The position numbers were made by a program, and so were the translations under genes. The notes under the pieces are model-generated. The model did not search any database. It worked only from the letters and a program-made list of their open reading frames with translations, and had not been told where the DNA came from. Positions 1 to 13,374 of a stretch of 64,000 nt of DNA are shown in pieces (within the stretch, counting starts at the first letter, position 1; each line of letters begins with the position of its first letter). This DNA comes from Amphiscolops sp. MND2022 (Eukaryota). Location: assembly GCA_964187785.1 (NCBI GenBank), contig OZ076409.1, positions 63,800,001-63,864,000 on the forward strand, given 5' to 3'.

Positions 1-637
1 AAAACATGAGAAAGTGGCAAAATCAAAGAAGCTGACAGGAATTTTCAAAAGATCAAATCCTCGGGAGCAATCCAACCGAAAAAGGAAAGCTCCCAACGTT
101 ATGGCATTGACGTGATAATGGCCATAGGAGAAGACAGAGAAAATTCCCGAAAAGGAAAGTGTTTATCAAGAGAACACACCTAAAATTCTCATTGCATTGA
201 AATTGGTAATTGAATAACTGAATACATTTGATAATTACAGTAGATTTACATTATTACCTGAAGTTATGAATGATAACCTTAACATTAACATTTGAAGCGC
301 AGTAATCAACAGTTAACACATTTATTATTAACCCTAATTTTATAGTACATTGATAATTGAATTACATTGGAAGTACCCGTACCGTGGTCATTTAAAACGG
401 GGAGTGTTATTGAGTGTAACTTTGCAAAACAGACATATTTGCTAACATGTTAGTAATACCTGTCAAAAGAACTATAGACCATTACATCTTCATTTGAAAC
501 GTTGCTGTTGCCTTTACATATGCATTACATATAAATGCATTACATATACATTTCAACATTTTACATATTCTTAATACTTCGAATCATTCTTAATACATTC
601 CTTAAACCATCAACAATTCATAATTCAACAAGACTAT

Positions 638-899
638 AACAACCGGGCGATGCTGAAGGGTCGCTCTTTCAGTTTTTTCGGCAATTTACGACTTTTTTTC
701 AGGTTTTTTCCCTTTAATTTCTTTGATGATTTGCGACAAAATAGATGAAAACTCTCAATACGCCCCCCTTGGTGGGCCAATTCTGTCCACTATTTGGGTT
801 TTTCGGGTGCTGTAAAAGAGAATACTTTGTCACTTTGAAGTCCTTTTGCTATTTTTGAGCCTTACATGTGGCGCCGACTTGGGCCGTTCCCGGCTTCTT
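638..899 (+). mobile_element. Helentron-like non-autonomous repeat (HINE family), partial
   Basis: Shared body (ttttttcggca..., gagcctt) and 3' end GGCGCCGACTTGGGCCGTTCCCGGC, as in the copies at 2201 and 36314. Confidence 0.55.
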
Positions 900-2200
900 T
901 ATTATCGTAATGGGGTCGAAAGGAAAGCTAATTTTCTATTCCAAAATGTAGACTTAAAAAAATCTGGCTAGAAATATTTATTGCTAAATCAAAAAGCAGT
1001 ATGAACAAATAACGCTGACTAAACTTGAAAAAACAGATGAACCAAAAAAGTCTTTGAGTTGACACAGGTGTTCATTAGCCTTCGACTGAATGACTTATGA
1101 TTTTGTGGAATTATCTGGGAGTTAAATGATGTATTTCAACTCACCATGGAGGATTTTGTAACCTCAGCAGTTGTGGGGCGATCAGTTCCATGATGGTAGA
1201 TCAGTAAGTTTTTTGAAAGTAGCTGTAAGAAGAGCCCATGTTACGGCTTTCATTTTTGTTTAGGCGCTAGTGCGTATCCTCATTCAAATTGGAGTTTGTT
1301 TCACTACCTCTGACCATACCAAAATCTTCAGACCTCGTTCTAGGTCCGAGTGTCGTACCCGTCTCACGACCGACATTGGCTCTCTCCTACGCATCTATAC
1401 ATGAAAAATATCCATCATACTATCTATTTGACCTGCCATGTTATGCTTGATTCCCCAGTTAGAGTTTTCAGGGATTCGATTATGATATCCGACTCCTGAG
1501 TACTTGTGTAATTTATGTTACTATTTCCCTAATTTCAATTTCTTACGACGAACTACTTCTAAAAGCTTGTAACGCCTCCTCCATATTTTGATCTAGTCCT
1601 TTTGACATATTGGTCAATATTTCCTATTTTTCTCAATTTGGTTAAGATGGCTATTAACAATCATTATGTTCATGTTTTGCCATGTCAAACATGGTATCAG
1701 GTTTCAAAGATCGTTGTGTTTTCCCCCAAGTGAGACTTGACATTCGTGTTATTTTCAAATAGTTTTTCGTTTTTGTAGCAACAAATTTTAGTCTTTTGCG
1801 TTTCTCGGTGCATGATTTTTGTCAGTACAAACTCAGTACAAAATAGCAAATGTGTCCAGGTCCCGAAATTTATACTTTAAATTTTATTTTGATTCGCAGT
1901 TTAATTTTTATCTGCTGAATGTAAACAAACACACATGGTTATGAAATTACAAACTAGCCCAAGCTGAAGAGACTTCCAAGGTCTAAGGCATGCCTGAACA
2001 AAAACCTCAAAGAGTACAAAAAAAGAAACAGTATGAGGTTCGCACAATTTTTTTTAATTGACGAAAAAGGATTTCATGAACAGAAGACACCTACAACTGG
2101 TATGTCTAAAAAACACATACAGGGCATGGTGCTTGTCTCGCTCCATCTTAGTCCTAATTATCGTTTTGTCACAGTGTCTCAATGCATATTCGTGCAAGTG

Positions 2201-2686
2201 TTTTTAGTCTGCGCTTTTATAAATAAAAGAGCCCGACTATTACAGTCACTCGGTTTTTTTTCTTTTTTTTTTATTTAAGACAGACTCGAAGCGACGAACG
2301 TTAACGTTCAACTAAAGGAAATTAAATACCAGGGAAACGCATGTAAATTATTCCAAAGGATCCCCCCTTTGGTTTTTTACTTTTTAAACAATACCTACAA
2401 GCACGGACGGGACTAAAGGGTCCCCCTTTCCATTTTTTCGGCACTGTGCGACTTTTTTTCGAAATTTTTTTAATTTCCCCAAAGGGTCCCCCTTTGAGTT
2501 TTTTGTTATTTTGCTACAGAATGCGTGTTTATAAATCAAAAAGGGTCCCCCTTTTACATTTTTCGGCACTGTGCGACATTTTCCGAAAGAATTTTTTTTT
2601 GAAAATTTCAAGTTTTTTCCAAAAAAAATGTTTTGCTCTTTTTGAGCCTTAGATATAGCGCCGACTTGAGACGTTCCCGTCTTGTT
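2201..2686 (+). mobile_element. Helentron-like non-autonomous repeat (HINE family)
   Basis: Begins TTTTTAGTCTGCGC and ends GCGCCGACT-TGAGACGTTCCCGTCTTGTT: subterminal inverted repeat plus 3' stem-loop in T-rich flanks. Internal aagggtccccc/cggcactgtgcgac subrepeats. Confidence 0.6.
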
Positions 2687-3257
2687 AATATTTTAGTTTT
2701 CTGTGATCTTTCCTGAAAAAAGGCTGTTAAAAAGTTCCATTGAATTCTGATGAAACGATTTCATTAGTTCAATCAGTTGAACAAGACAGTTCTGACCGTT
2801 TGAAATTTCGATGAAATGTCAAAAAATTTCTCTCTCCAAATGTTACTCTTTCAGCTCACGTTTTTCAAAAGCTTCGAGTAATGGAATAATAAAATTACTT
2901 CTTCATCACAAAAAGCAGAAAAGGCTTTTCAAATCAGTCAAGCTAACTAATATTCATCAGTCGAAGAAACAATCGCTAATTCAGCCAACTACGGACCTAT
3001 CACAAGTCCCGGACATGCACGATTGATTTGGATCTACGACGACCAGTTCTTTCAGCTATATCAAATAGTTTGCCCCCGACCTGAGGCTCAATTGATTTCT
3101 AGCTCTCTAACTCGGTTGCGTTGTGTCTATTCGTTTATTTTCTAATTCCGCCTCAGTTGTGAATATTCATCGCACGTGTTTCTGGTGATCTCATGTTAGC
3201 ATTCTATCACAATTGACATTAACATTACTGGATGACAGCACTTTAGGTTTATTTGTT

Positions 3258-4445
3258 TTTACATTCATGTTTATCTAGTCCTTTTATGGGATAGCAATCG
3301 CTTCTAAACATACTTCAACTAAACACTCCAACTAAAACTTTTTCATCTTTTTGTACGAAATCTACACTCTGAGATAATTTAGGTCGCCTAAGTTATTTCT
3401 AATGTCGAGAGAATCACCCAATTATGTTCAATTACATAGTTTTCATGTTTTCTACGTGTAAGGGATACTTTTCCAACATTTCAAGTTCGATGCATCGCGA
3501 ATCTGCTCGCCTGACCGAAATGCATAAAGTATCACTCAAAGACACTGAATTACATGTTTAAGATACGTTTTTTCACGTTATCACTGTCACCCCTGATGTG
3601 ACCTTCAGGTCCGCCCGTGACATTGAAGTTATTTGTCCTCAATTAAATTTGCTACATGCCAAGTTATATGGTTCTAGGGTCAATGGTTCCCGAATTACAT
3701 GACGTGCGTATGGTTTGCTTACTTAAAGCGGTTACCGCCCGCATGGGTTACAAATACGGTTTCATTCGCGTTAGTAATCGGCTACATCCGTTATTGCGGT
3801 TCGTTTGAGGTACTACAAGCCAAGGTCAAATTTCCTTTACCGGACGGGCCCTTTACATTCATGTTTATCTAGTCCTTTTATGGTATAGCGATCGCTTCTA
3901 AAAATACTTCAACTAAACACTCCAACTAAAACTTATTCATCTTTTTGTGCGAAATCTACACTCTGAGATAATTTAGGTCGCCTAAGTTATTTCTGATGTC
4001 GAGAGAGTCACCCAATTATGTTCAATTACATAGTTTTCATGTTTTCTACGTGTAAGGGATACTTTTCCATCATTTCAAGTTCGATGCATCGCGAATCTGC
4101 TCGCCTGACAGAAATGCATAAAGTATCACGCAAAGACACTGAATTACATGTTTAAGATACGTTTTTTCATGTCATCACTGTCACCCCTGATGTGACCTTC
4201 AGGTCCGCCCGTGACATTGAAGTTATTTGTCCTCAATGAAATTTGCTACATTCCAAGTTATATGGTTCTAGGGTCAATGGTTCCCGAATTACATGACGTG
4301 CGTATGGTTTGCTTACTTAAGGCGGTTACCGCCCGCATGGGTTACAGATACGGTTTCATTCGCGTTAGTAATCGGCTACATCCGTTATTGCGGTTCGTTT
4401 GAGGTACTACAAGCCAAGATCAAATTTCCTTTATCGGACGGGCCC
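3258..4445. repeat. Tandem duplication, 594-bp unit
   Basis: tttacattcatgtttatctagtcc starts at 3258 and 3852. Both units end cggacgggccc, with scattered substitutions. Confidence 0.9.
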
Positions 4446-5959
4446 GTTCGTCCGGTCCCGCGTGCTTTACACAATTATTACCCAACGCGTCATGGGCCGA
4501 TTTATGCATCTTTCATGTATATTACTTAGTGTTGGTAGGGGAACATTTTAGGCAAGTTTCATGATCCTCGGGTCACCTGGAAACGATATACATAATATTC
4601 GGGGTTTGTTATCTCAAACCCGGATTACATAACATAGGGTCAGTGCTCCTCCTACACGCGTCGTAGGGTTTCCGAAACATAAGCGAACGGCTTAATATTC
4701 TATGGGTTATCAATTCCATATCTTATCTGACTTATTCCGTGCTTGGTCGACGAGTTCATAGGGTCGTCCTACGTCACTTCCGGTGCTAATAGCCTAGGAT
4801 GGGGGACCCTGGCTTGATTTCGTTTTAATAAACAAGTAACATAACAGCTCAGGTATACGTGTGCCAAATGTCAGGTCTCTACAAATATTAGTCTTTGAGA
4901 AGTTCGAGTGAATCCAAATGGGGGGTGGGGGGTTTCGCCAGTGTTGCAAGTGTCATTCGGGAGAAAGTGTCTGATTGTCAAGCAAAAGATCAAATCAAAC
5001 GAATTTGTTTCTATAGTTCCGGAACACATTCGGATTCGAATTACGTTTCTTCATATTACCAAAAGGTACAATGGATTCTTGCCTCGAAGCAGATCTAAGA
5101 CTGTATTGTGCATCACGAGTTGTTAACAACCGTTTGAGATTATCATGAAGACGCTCGACTCTGACACAGCTAAAAAATGTGGGAAAATACTAAGTATATA
5201 TTTCAAATACTGTGAGAAGTTCATTCTCAACCATATAATCAGCTACAGATGCAAATTGGGACAGAAAAGAAAGTAAGCCAATAACTTTGTTTGAACCTTC
5301 AAACTTTCGTTTAGATGCGAATAAGTAGTATGCTTTACAAATGAAATTTAAATATTATCAATAACGCTTCGGGTCAGGGTCTATTTCTAGATTGAAGTGG
5401 CGGTCCAACAGGGGCACCCCTATAGGGTTAACGCCGTTTTACATATATGTAAAACAACGCCACGGCGTTAACTTTTTTACGTTGTTCGTAACAAAGACAC
5501 CATGACTTAAATCTAATACGAAATCATACTTATAAATCCAATCATTTCTTACTACTTTTAGCAACAAGTATGTCGTCTAACTGAATTTGCAACAATGTTT
5601 TTTTTCTAAACAATTACCCAAACAGCAAATAAATGAAAAATGTGGTTCACAAAACGAATCATCATTATTTGCAATTTTTGTCTTTTATCTGTTTACGGGA
5701 GTTCCCGAACTATTAACAACCTGCTGTGTGTTTTATGATCAGCAACACAGTGGTGAGACCAACAGGTCTCCTAAACTAACCCTTGGGTAATGGTATAATT
5801 ACCAATGTAATCATAATCGAAAATTCAACAAGCGGATTTTCTCTGAAGGTAATTTCACGATGAAATGTCGTTTCTGCTACTCATGAGTTCTTTCGAAATG
5901 TTGTCAGGCTTCCACTTTTTTGAAAGCATGACAGTTTCGAGGAATCTCTTTTATCTTCC

Positions 5960-7735
5960 TGTCATGCCAGCATGATGGAAATATAATCTACTAAATATCT
6001 GTAATGTAAATATTATGTCTTATGTATTTAGATATGGGCAATATGATGTCATATAATAAGATCCATGGTTGTGAGCAACCCTACGTTACTTGTACTTAAC
6101 CCCCTATTTTCCCCAGTGAGATTTGAGCTATTTATTTAATTAATACTGAGCATTCTAGTTCCGTTTGTCCGCAATTAGTGATTGTGCTAATAAGCAAATG
6201 AAGCTATTCTACATTTAATGGCTTGTCACGAGGAAAGAAAGTAGTTTCTCGGTCGAACTGGACCGCCATGACAAATAGACGAGAATGAACACTCGCTAGG
6301 GAATTCCCGCCTCAGAGGAAACTAGCGTGGCAAGCCTCCTCTCTTTGAAATACACGAAACGATGAAATAACGATGTTATTGGTGCTAGAACTCATAATTT
6401 GACTCAATCTAACAAATTTCATCCATATTACATCGCCTAACTGTGACCAGAACGCTAGAAAACGAGAGAATTGAAACACGATGTAAAAGCGATGAAACTA
6501 CTTGATTGAATACTTGTTACCATATGTTTCATCATTTGTACATTGCTCACGCCTCCAAAACCTGAAAACGGTGCTAAAATAGCTAACGATGGATAAACGA
6601 TGGAAATCTTTCATCGTTTTCTCATCTAGAGCTGAATCACGCTTCCAAGACCTGAAAACAGTGCTAAAATCAGGAACGATGGACAAACGATGGAAATCTT
6701 TCATCGTTTTCTCATCTGTAATCAAAATTCACCAATAACGATGGTAAAGCGATGTAACCAGTCCTGAACGATGCACAGTGCTCTCCCCACCACTCATTTC
6801 ATCGTTTTCACATCTAGTTGATCGTTTTAACACTAGAACAAAGCTCATTCATCATTCCTGCATCCACAGCCACATAAACAGAATCAACTAGTAGAAACGA
6901 TGCCAAAACGACAAAACTACTGAATCCCGTATGTCCAGTTAAATTAGCGCTATTGATTCATCGTTTTTACATCATACTTGTTTAAAGTTGATTTAACCGA
7001 CCCCCAGCTGGATTGTACCCCATTTTGATGTGATTTCGACACTTGCCGTGACTCAGACGATGCTTACTACAAGTTGCTAATTTGAATGCATTAAATATTC
7101 ATAGTAATTGGTTTAAAAAGATTCAGCGCGCAATTTCAGCTTGGTAGCCCTCCAGCGACATGCGATACAACCGGTCTAGTGACCAAGTGCTAATTAGCAC
7201 CTTGCTAACTAACCAATAAGAACGAAACGATGGTAAGAATTGAGTCTTACCATCGAACTGGTGGAAGGCTACCGGAGATACAACACAAGAATTACTAACG
7301 CTACATTGTACAAGTACTTATATTTACTTACCCTTTATACGTACCCTACTCGAGTTTACAACAATTTCAACTCTTATCCACGACAATCATCTCTTTCTCA
7401 TCGTATGAGTTCTAATTCCCAAATAACCTTGAGAAACGGGAAAACATTAACTGGCACTACTTCAGCAGAATCAACAGAACTTACTCACTCGGAGCAAATC
7501 GTTAACATGGAAAATGACAACGAAAATGTAGACGATCAAGCCCAATCAAGACAAAGTTCATCAGGTCCAGAGATAGATTCACAGAAGGCAAATGATGAAA
7601 GGTTTAGCCACCTACAATCAGAAATGTCTATGTTGAAAGCCATGATGGAAAAGTTGCTAGAACAAAACGAGGAGAGAAATAGACAAACGGATACCAATGC
7701 CGCAACGTCCTCGTTCGCGGTACGGTCGTCCAACA
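5960..7735 (+). mobile_element. Solo LTR (1776 bp) with 5-bp TSD CTTCC
   Basis: CTTCC|TGTCATG at 5955-5966 and TCCAACA|CTTCC at 7729-7740; TG..CA termini. Contains a gag-like N-terminal ORF at its 3' end. Confidence 0.7.
7405..7735 (+). pseudogene. gag-like N-terminal coding fragment inside the solo LTR
   Basis: MSSNSQITLRNGKTL...DERFSHLQSEMSMLKAMMEKLLEQNEE: LRxGK motif plus coiled coil. Similar to the minus-strand remnant at 62100-62790. Confidence 0.5.
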
Positions 7736-7828
7736 CTTCCAGAATCTCTTCAGGGTCTTTTTCAAATCTCTTCTGAATGGAGAGACATGTTGTGAGGGAT
7801 TGAATTGGCAATGGTGGCGCACCACTCA

Positions 7829-8301
7829 CAGGGACTCCGTAAAAATAATGGAATTTTATGGACGTAAAGCCATCAATAATTTCCCTAATCCTTCGCAAAA
7901 AATAAATTATTTCCCTAACTTTCTGAAAAAAATAAATAATGGAAATAATGGTAAATTTTTTAAAACAATTTGAAAAACAAAATTCAAATTACATTATGCA
8001 GGAAATCCATTCGGCAACCCAGAATTTTTTGTTATTGATGAGAGCAGTTCATCTTCCTGGTGCATTGGTGTGATAATGTGTCTTGAGTGTGTTTTTTGCT
8101 CGACAAATGAGAAATTTTGATCACGCGTTTTGTTTGCTTTCCACTTCTGTTGGCGCCAAAATTTTCTTAAATTGTTTCAGGTATGTGAAATAAATTATTT
8201 CCCTAAACTCTATCTGAAAATAAATAATTTTTATTTTCGTGATGAAAAATAAATAATTTATGGCCATTATTTCCATAAAAATTATTTTTTTGGAGTCCTT
8301 G
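7829..8301. mobile_element. hAT-type MITE
   Basis: TIR CAGGGACTCC..GGAGTCCTTG; perfect 8-bp TSD ACCACTCA (7821-7828, 8302-8309). Confidence 0.85.
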
Positions 8302-10877
8302 ACCACTCATAACTTAACCGATTATCGAAAGGCTGTATGTCATGTTAAATTTTTCTTTGATCATGCATCCAATATATTGGTTCCTTAAAGCTCTGTTCCA
8401 ATGAACAAATGGATGCACGAAGGTGCCTTGAATGTTGGGCAGGAGAATTTGAGATTGCGAAGATGCTTCCAAGACAGCGTTACCACTATTTTATCCTACT
8501 TTTGTTTCGAGCTCTGAGGGTTTAACGAAAATGTGTTCTTTCTGTTCATTTTTTGAGATCCGAGATTACTCTCAAAAAACTTGAGAATTTTTTAAATATG
8601 CTTCTTTCTGAGGCGATTAAGCAAGCTTATCTTTGAAATTTGCATTGATTCGTTTTCTCTTGAATGAGAGTTGTGATCAGTGGCCACCAAAAATGACTTT
8701 ACATTAAAGTAGATTTGAGAAAGAGAAAAAACCGGAGTTTTCGACGTGAACACTCTTGTATGTTGTTCGGGTTGTTTACTCACTCAGTTGGTTCGCAAAT
8801 CCTTGACGAAGGTAGTTAAAATAATTAAAAGTAATCTCAATATCGGTTGAAACCGACCAATAACCGGGATTCTTGGCTACTGTAGTGGCGTAGCCGATTT
8901 CTAAGCCTCATCTTACATAAAAGGCTTTCGAATATTTTCCACAAGGAGCTGCTGAGGAAAAGCTATGGGAAGACTATGCTCACTTACCTTGCAAAGTAGC
9001 CGTAGATACCCAACTGCTCCAACTTGAGTGGCCATGATAGACAAAAGTATAAAATGATATTAATTGTTTTGCTGAAGATGAATAAACCAGATTAGGTTCC
9101 AAACCTCTACGTCTGGCTGTTCTCTTATTGTATAGATGCAGCATTCACAGCTGTCTTCACTGATCGTTGGAAACCATGGAGCAGGATTAACATCCAAGGA
9201 ATAACGCTGAATTGTTGTCACGAATAACATCCTACACCAAGTTAAACTGTGAAAATGGCTTGAGCACGCGTGCAATTTACCCTGGAAATTCGAGAAAATT
9301 TAGCTTGAGAAATCTGAAAAACAATACAGCTTCAAATCAATTACGTAAAAGTTATTGTGATATGGTTTGCAGTTTTTAAGTAGAAATTGCTTTTCCGCTT
9401 CAGAAATTTACAATAAGTTTATCAAGTGTCTGTGAGAAGATCATCACAATCTTTAATTTTTTGTATGTCATGTTGATTTGTTCGAATGAAGCACAAACCT
9501 CCCCGAAAGGGGTTACTGCTGTAACAAAAGTGGCAAATATCAAGTCAAACGATATTGAACAACATATATATTTTGCGTATACATTGACCTCCGATGTATC
9601 AAGTTATGAGGGAGTTGTGAGGGATCAGTTATAAGGGAGTTCTATTTTCAGCTTATACAAAAGAACGCCATTACTACTAGTAATCTTGCGTAAAAACATG
9701 GGCGTCATGCAACAGACTAATATGGAAATATTTAGTTCATATAATGACTATATTTGAGGGTCTTGCCAATGTATGAAGTCAGTGTGATAGGTATATAGTT
9801 GGCTGGAGTTGTGCAATGATATTTTCCTGTTTTCTTGATGAACCCTCACTTCACCGTTTTTTCCAAAGCTAAGTTCCTTAGGTAAACATTTTATTGTATA
9901 GTTCCACTATTGCTTTGCGCATCCAAAAGCCGCTAGTCTTCAACGTGGATGGGTGAATATTGTCTGGGTCTGCTGATTTGACTGTCGTTTGAATTTGTGC
10001 AATAGCATCATCGACCTCGTTCATAGTTATTGCGTGATCCAGAGTTCCTTCGTGGTTCGCTTGATCTTTTATGCACGCTTCAATCTGCCGCTCATCATCT
10101 TTGAAGTTGTTGCCGAAGCTTTGATCCTTCATGTGATTAGCCCTCAGTTGATAGTAATCACACGCCAACGTTGCTCCCATTGCCAAATACAAAACGTTCA
10201 TAACTCCATCCGAAAGTTTCGCTCCAGTATGCCATACTATGTGCGCTATGATCTTGTTTAGGTACGTTTTCCAACACGCATTCGCAGGGGATAAGTTTCG
10301 TCTTCGCCCTTATTTTTTCGGCCTCTGCTGTTTCTCTCAGGTCTTCGTAAGAAGCTTCAAACTTCTGATCCACTTTTTTGACCTTTTTTGAGCCATCCAA
10401 TCCAGGTTTTTTCAGTCTTGACGCTCCTGTATATCTTTCATTTTATTGGCAACCATCTCGAACACAAACCAAACCGGATAGAGACCTCGATTTGGAGCTC
10501 CTGTAATCAGTTCTGTATCTGAATCAACAAACTAGTTCTTCAGTTTACGATAACTCTGATTGGAAATGCTTCGATCAATGATGCTCCAGCCCTCATCGAC
10601 ACAAACAAACGTTGGTTGTTCCTTATTTAGGACTTCAATTTGGCTCTGTGCACAGAATTCATTAACACTTGACCATGTTCGTTTTGAGAAAGATCATTCC
10701 AGATCTCGGGCCTCGTAATCATATCCCCCAGTATCACCACCTGTTGGATATTTTCGTTATTAGCATCTATTAGAGCTTGTTTTATTGTATCGCAGCCTTC
10801 TCGGGGTCCTGTGGGGTTATTTTGTGGTATGTAGTATGTTCCTTTTAACGTAGCCTTTTCCTCAATTTTAGCTGCTA

Positions 10878-12436
10878 CCCTAGTTGAAAGTGCTCGAAAG
10901 TTTTACATGCTTTTATAGGTTGCAAGGCTAATTTATTAGGTTTTTGGGAGCTGCTTAGAGAAGTTTTCATGCTCAATATTTTCATGCTGCGTCACTAATT
11001 TTTCAGGTATTTATCAAGATTTCTCTACAATTTGGCGGGTTTTCAGAGCAGCATCAAGAAAATCAAAACCAAATAACCCGCGAAATTTTGTAGGTTTTTG
11101 TGGGCAAAGCGTCTAATTTTGTAAGCACAGACGCTACAAAGAGACGTAAACAAATTGCCAGTGTGGCAAACAAATTCGTATTACTGGTATTTTTTTTGGG
11201 TGGGAATTTTTTTGCTTGCTTACTGTTGAAAAACGCAATATTTCTAACTTCTCAGGTTTGGAAGAAAGAAATCCATTTTTTAATGAAGTTTTATACGGTA
11301 TTTTTAGGGAACTACTTTGAGAGCGGAATATCGAAATCAGCTGTTTTCATTGGTTGAAATTTTCAAATTTTTTCAAACTTTTTTCGACCAGGAAATCTAA
11401 GAAAAAGTTTAAAATACTGAGAAAATCATTATTACAGTCTTTTTTGAGCATTTTCATTCAAATTGTTTGCAAATCATCAAATTGTTGTCACCTTTGATGA
11501 TGAAAATCATCGAAATTTTATTTTTGAAAATTTCGAATTGGAAAGAAAAAGTCAAAATTTTGAAGTTCCTGAGTTCATTTCCCATCGCCATTTTGAATTA
11601 CAGTCAACTCCGGGGAAACGGAAATCGGACTAAAGAAATTGAACTAATGGAATTAGGACTAACATGCTCAAAATTTCAGAAACGTTCATGTGAAATAGAA
11701 CTAATTTCGTATTTTCTCAAACAGGAATTAGAACTAATTTGTTACGGGAATTGGAACTAAAAACAGGAATTAGAACTACTTTGTTACGGGAATTGGGACT
11801 AAAAAAAGTGGGAATAAGACCTAAAATGCTTTCGAAATCGTTTGAGAACTTTGCTTTTGTCCTGTTTTGTAAAAAAAGAATTGTTTAAGAACCTGTTCTG
11901 TTTCAGAATCTCTCTCGTGGTGGTTTTCTGGCTTCGTCATCCATCGGTCTTTTCGGAGTGCTTCAAAAGTGGCCGCAGTTCTAGTTGATGTTTCAGACGG
12001 TTTTTCAGATCTCAAGCTACGAACGGATGAATTCACAAAAACTTTATTGGAAACTCGTGGTTTGTTTTGCGTTTGTTTGTCTGAATTAATTTATTTGGTT
12101 TCCTATTAATAGATTTTTTCCGTTGAAATGATTTTTGATAAAGTACAGTAGGTTTTCGAGATGAAGACAAAGCGTTTGAAAAAGTTTTCTACGACTTTTG
12201 GAGGTCTAGGGTCGCTCGGTGCCCTCGTTTTGCTGCTTCCTTTTTTTATGAGAAATTCTGTAAAATGCTTGGAAGTTTTTTCAAAGTGCATAGATATGCC
12301 TAAAGCATTTTAGAAAATGCTTGGAACTTTTACAAAATTTTTCCATGCAGGGTCCCTGAATTTTCCATGTTTTATAAAAAATTAGCCTGCATGCATGAAT
12401 GCAGCATGGAAAACTTGTCGGCAGATTCGACTAGGG
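10878..12436. mobile_element. Non-autonomous TIR element with TA flanks, nested in LINE ORF2
   Basis: TA|CCCTAGTTGAAAGTGC ... GCAGATTCGACTAGGG|TA, an imperfect TIR. Internal ggaattagaact tandem subrepeats at about 11630-11810. Confidence 0.65.
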
Positions 12437-13374
12437 TATCCAGACCCCGTCCATGTCTTCTCGATGATATTTCAAAAGTTGTCGGATTAAAGCATTACCT
12501 GATCGAAATCATGCATCCCCCTTTGCATTAATTGGGGTAGAACGACCTGTATCCTCTCAACTTACAATCCACGTGTTGTACAGACTTTATCTCGATAACA
12601 CAGCAACGTCAATTTCTATGTCCATGACATATTTTCCAAGTAATTCTTTACTGAGGGCAAAGAAAAAATTTATGTTTACAGTAAACATTCTGTCAGCCTA
12701 TTCAGTTTGATCACTTTATCTAGTATTGAAAGGAAATACTTCCCTGATCGTTTGTCGATTGAATCTTTCTATCATTTCGGCTGACTTCTTCAGAACCCGG
12801 CAATCCTTGTTTGGTGCATCGTGATTTTGGCCGCAGTTACAGCATTTCCAGTTACCTTCGAGTTCAGCACAGTCAGTGTTTTTATGTCATTCGCTCGAGC
12901 ATCTGCTACATCGACTTTGTTTGTTTGGACATAGAGTGGCTATAAGACCAAATTTAAAACATTTCTAACATTGAATGATTCTGGGTTTCGGCGGGTTCGG
13001 TTTTTCTGCTCCTAGCCACAGCGCTCCAATGAAAATGCCTCCGACCTCGATAGCTTTGAATTGCTCTTCTTCAATAACAACTGTTTGTAGAATTCTCATG
13101 GGGTTTGTGTCTTTGCTGGTAAATTTTTTGGCCGGGATACAAATTCGCAACATAGTTTTTTAATTGATCTTCTGGTATGCCAGAATGATGCATCTGATGT
13201 GTTAGCGGGGTATTTTTCAAGATAATTGTGTTGGTTTGTGGTTTCTTTGTATGACGGCATTGAGATCCACCAAACAGATCTGACTGCCACTTTGTCACAA
13301 TCTCTTTTGCTTTTGTTTTGTCCTCAACGTCTACGACTCTTTGCAAAGTAGAGGAAGCGAAAGTAGAGGGGGGT

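Noticed and set aside
391..640. PPT-like AAAACGGGGAG followed by TGTT (possible 3' LTR start at 405)
   Set aside because: No second LTR or recognisable domain in the window to confirm it.
1000..3200. Possible minus-strand retroelement coding remnants (e.g. LSLRSG near 3085)
   Set aside because: Too degenerate; no diagnostic motif.
7259..7275. TGGTGGA as a tRNA-Ala primer binding site
   Set aside because: It lies inside the TSD-defined solo LTR and is not preceded by a CA LTR end.
8985..9285. Minus-strand exon-like segment (CAG...GTAAGT)
   Set aside because: Stops in the frames I read and no recognisable protein.
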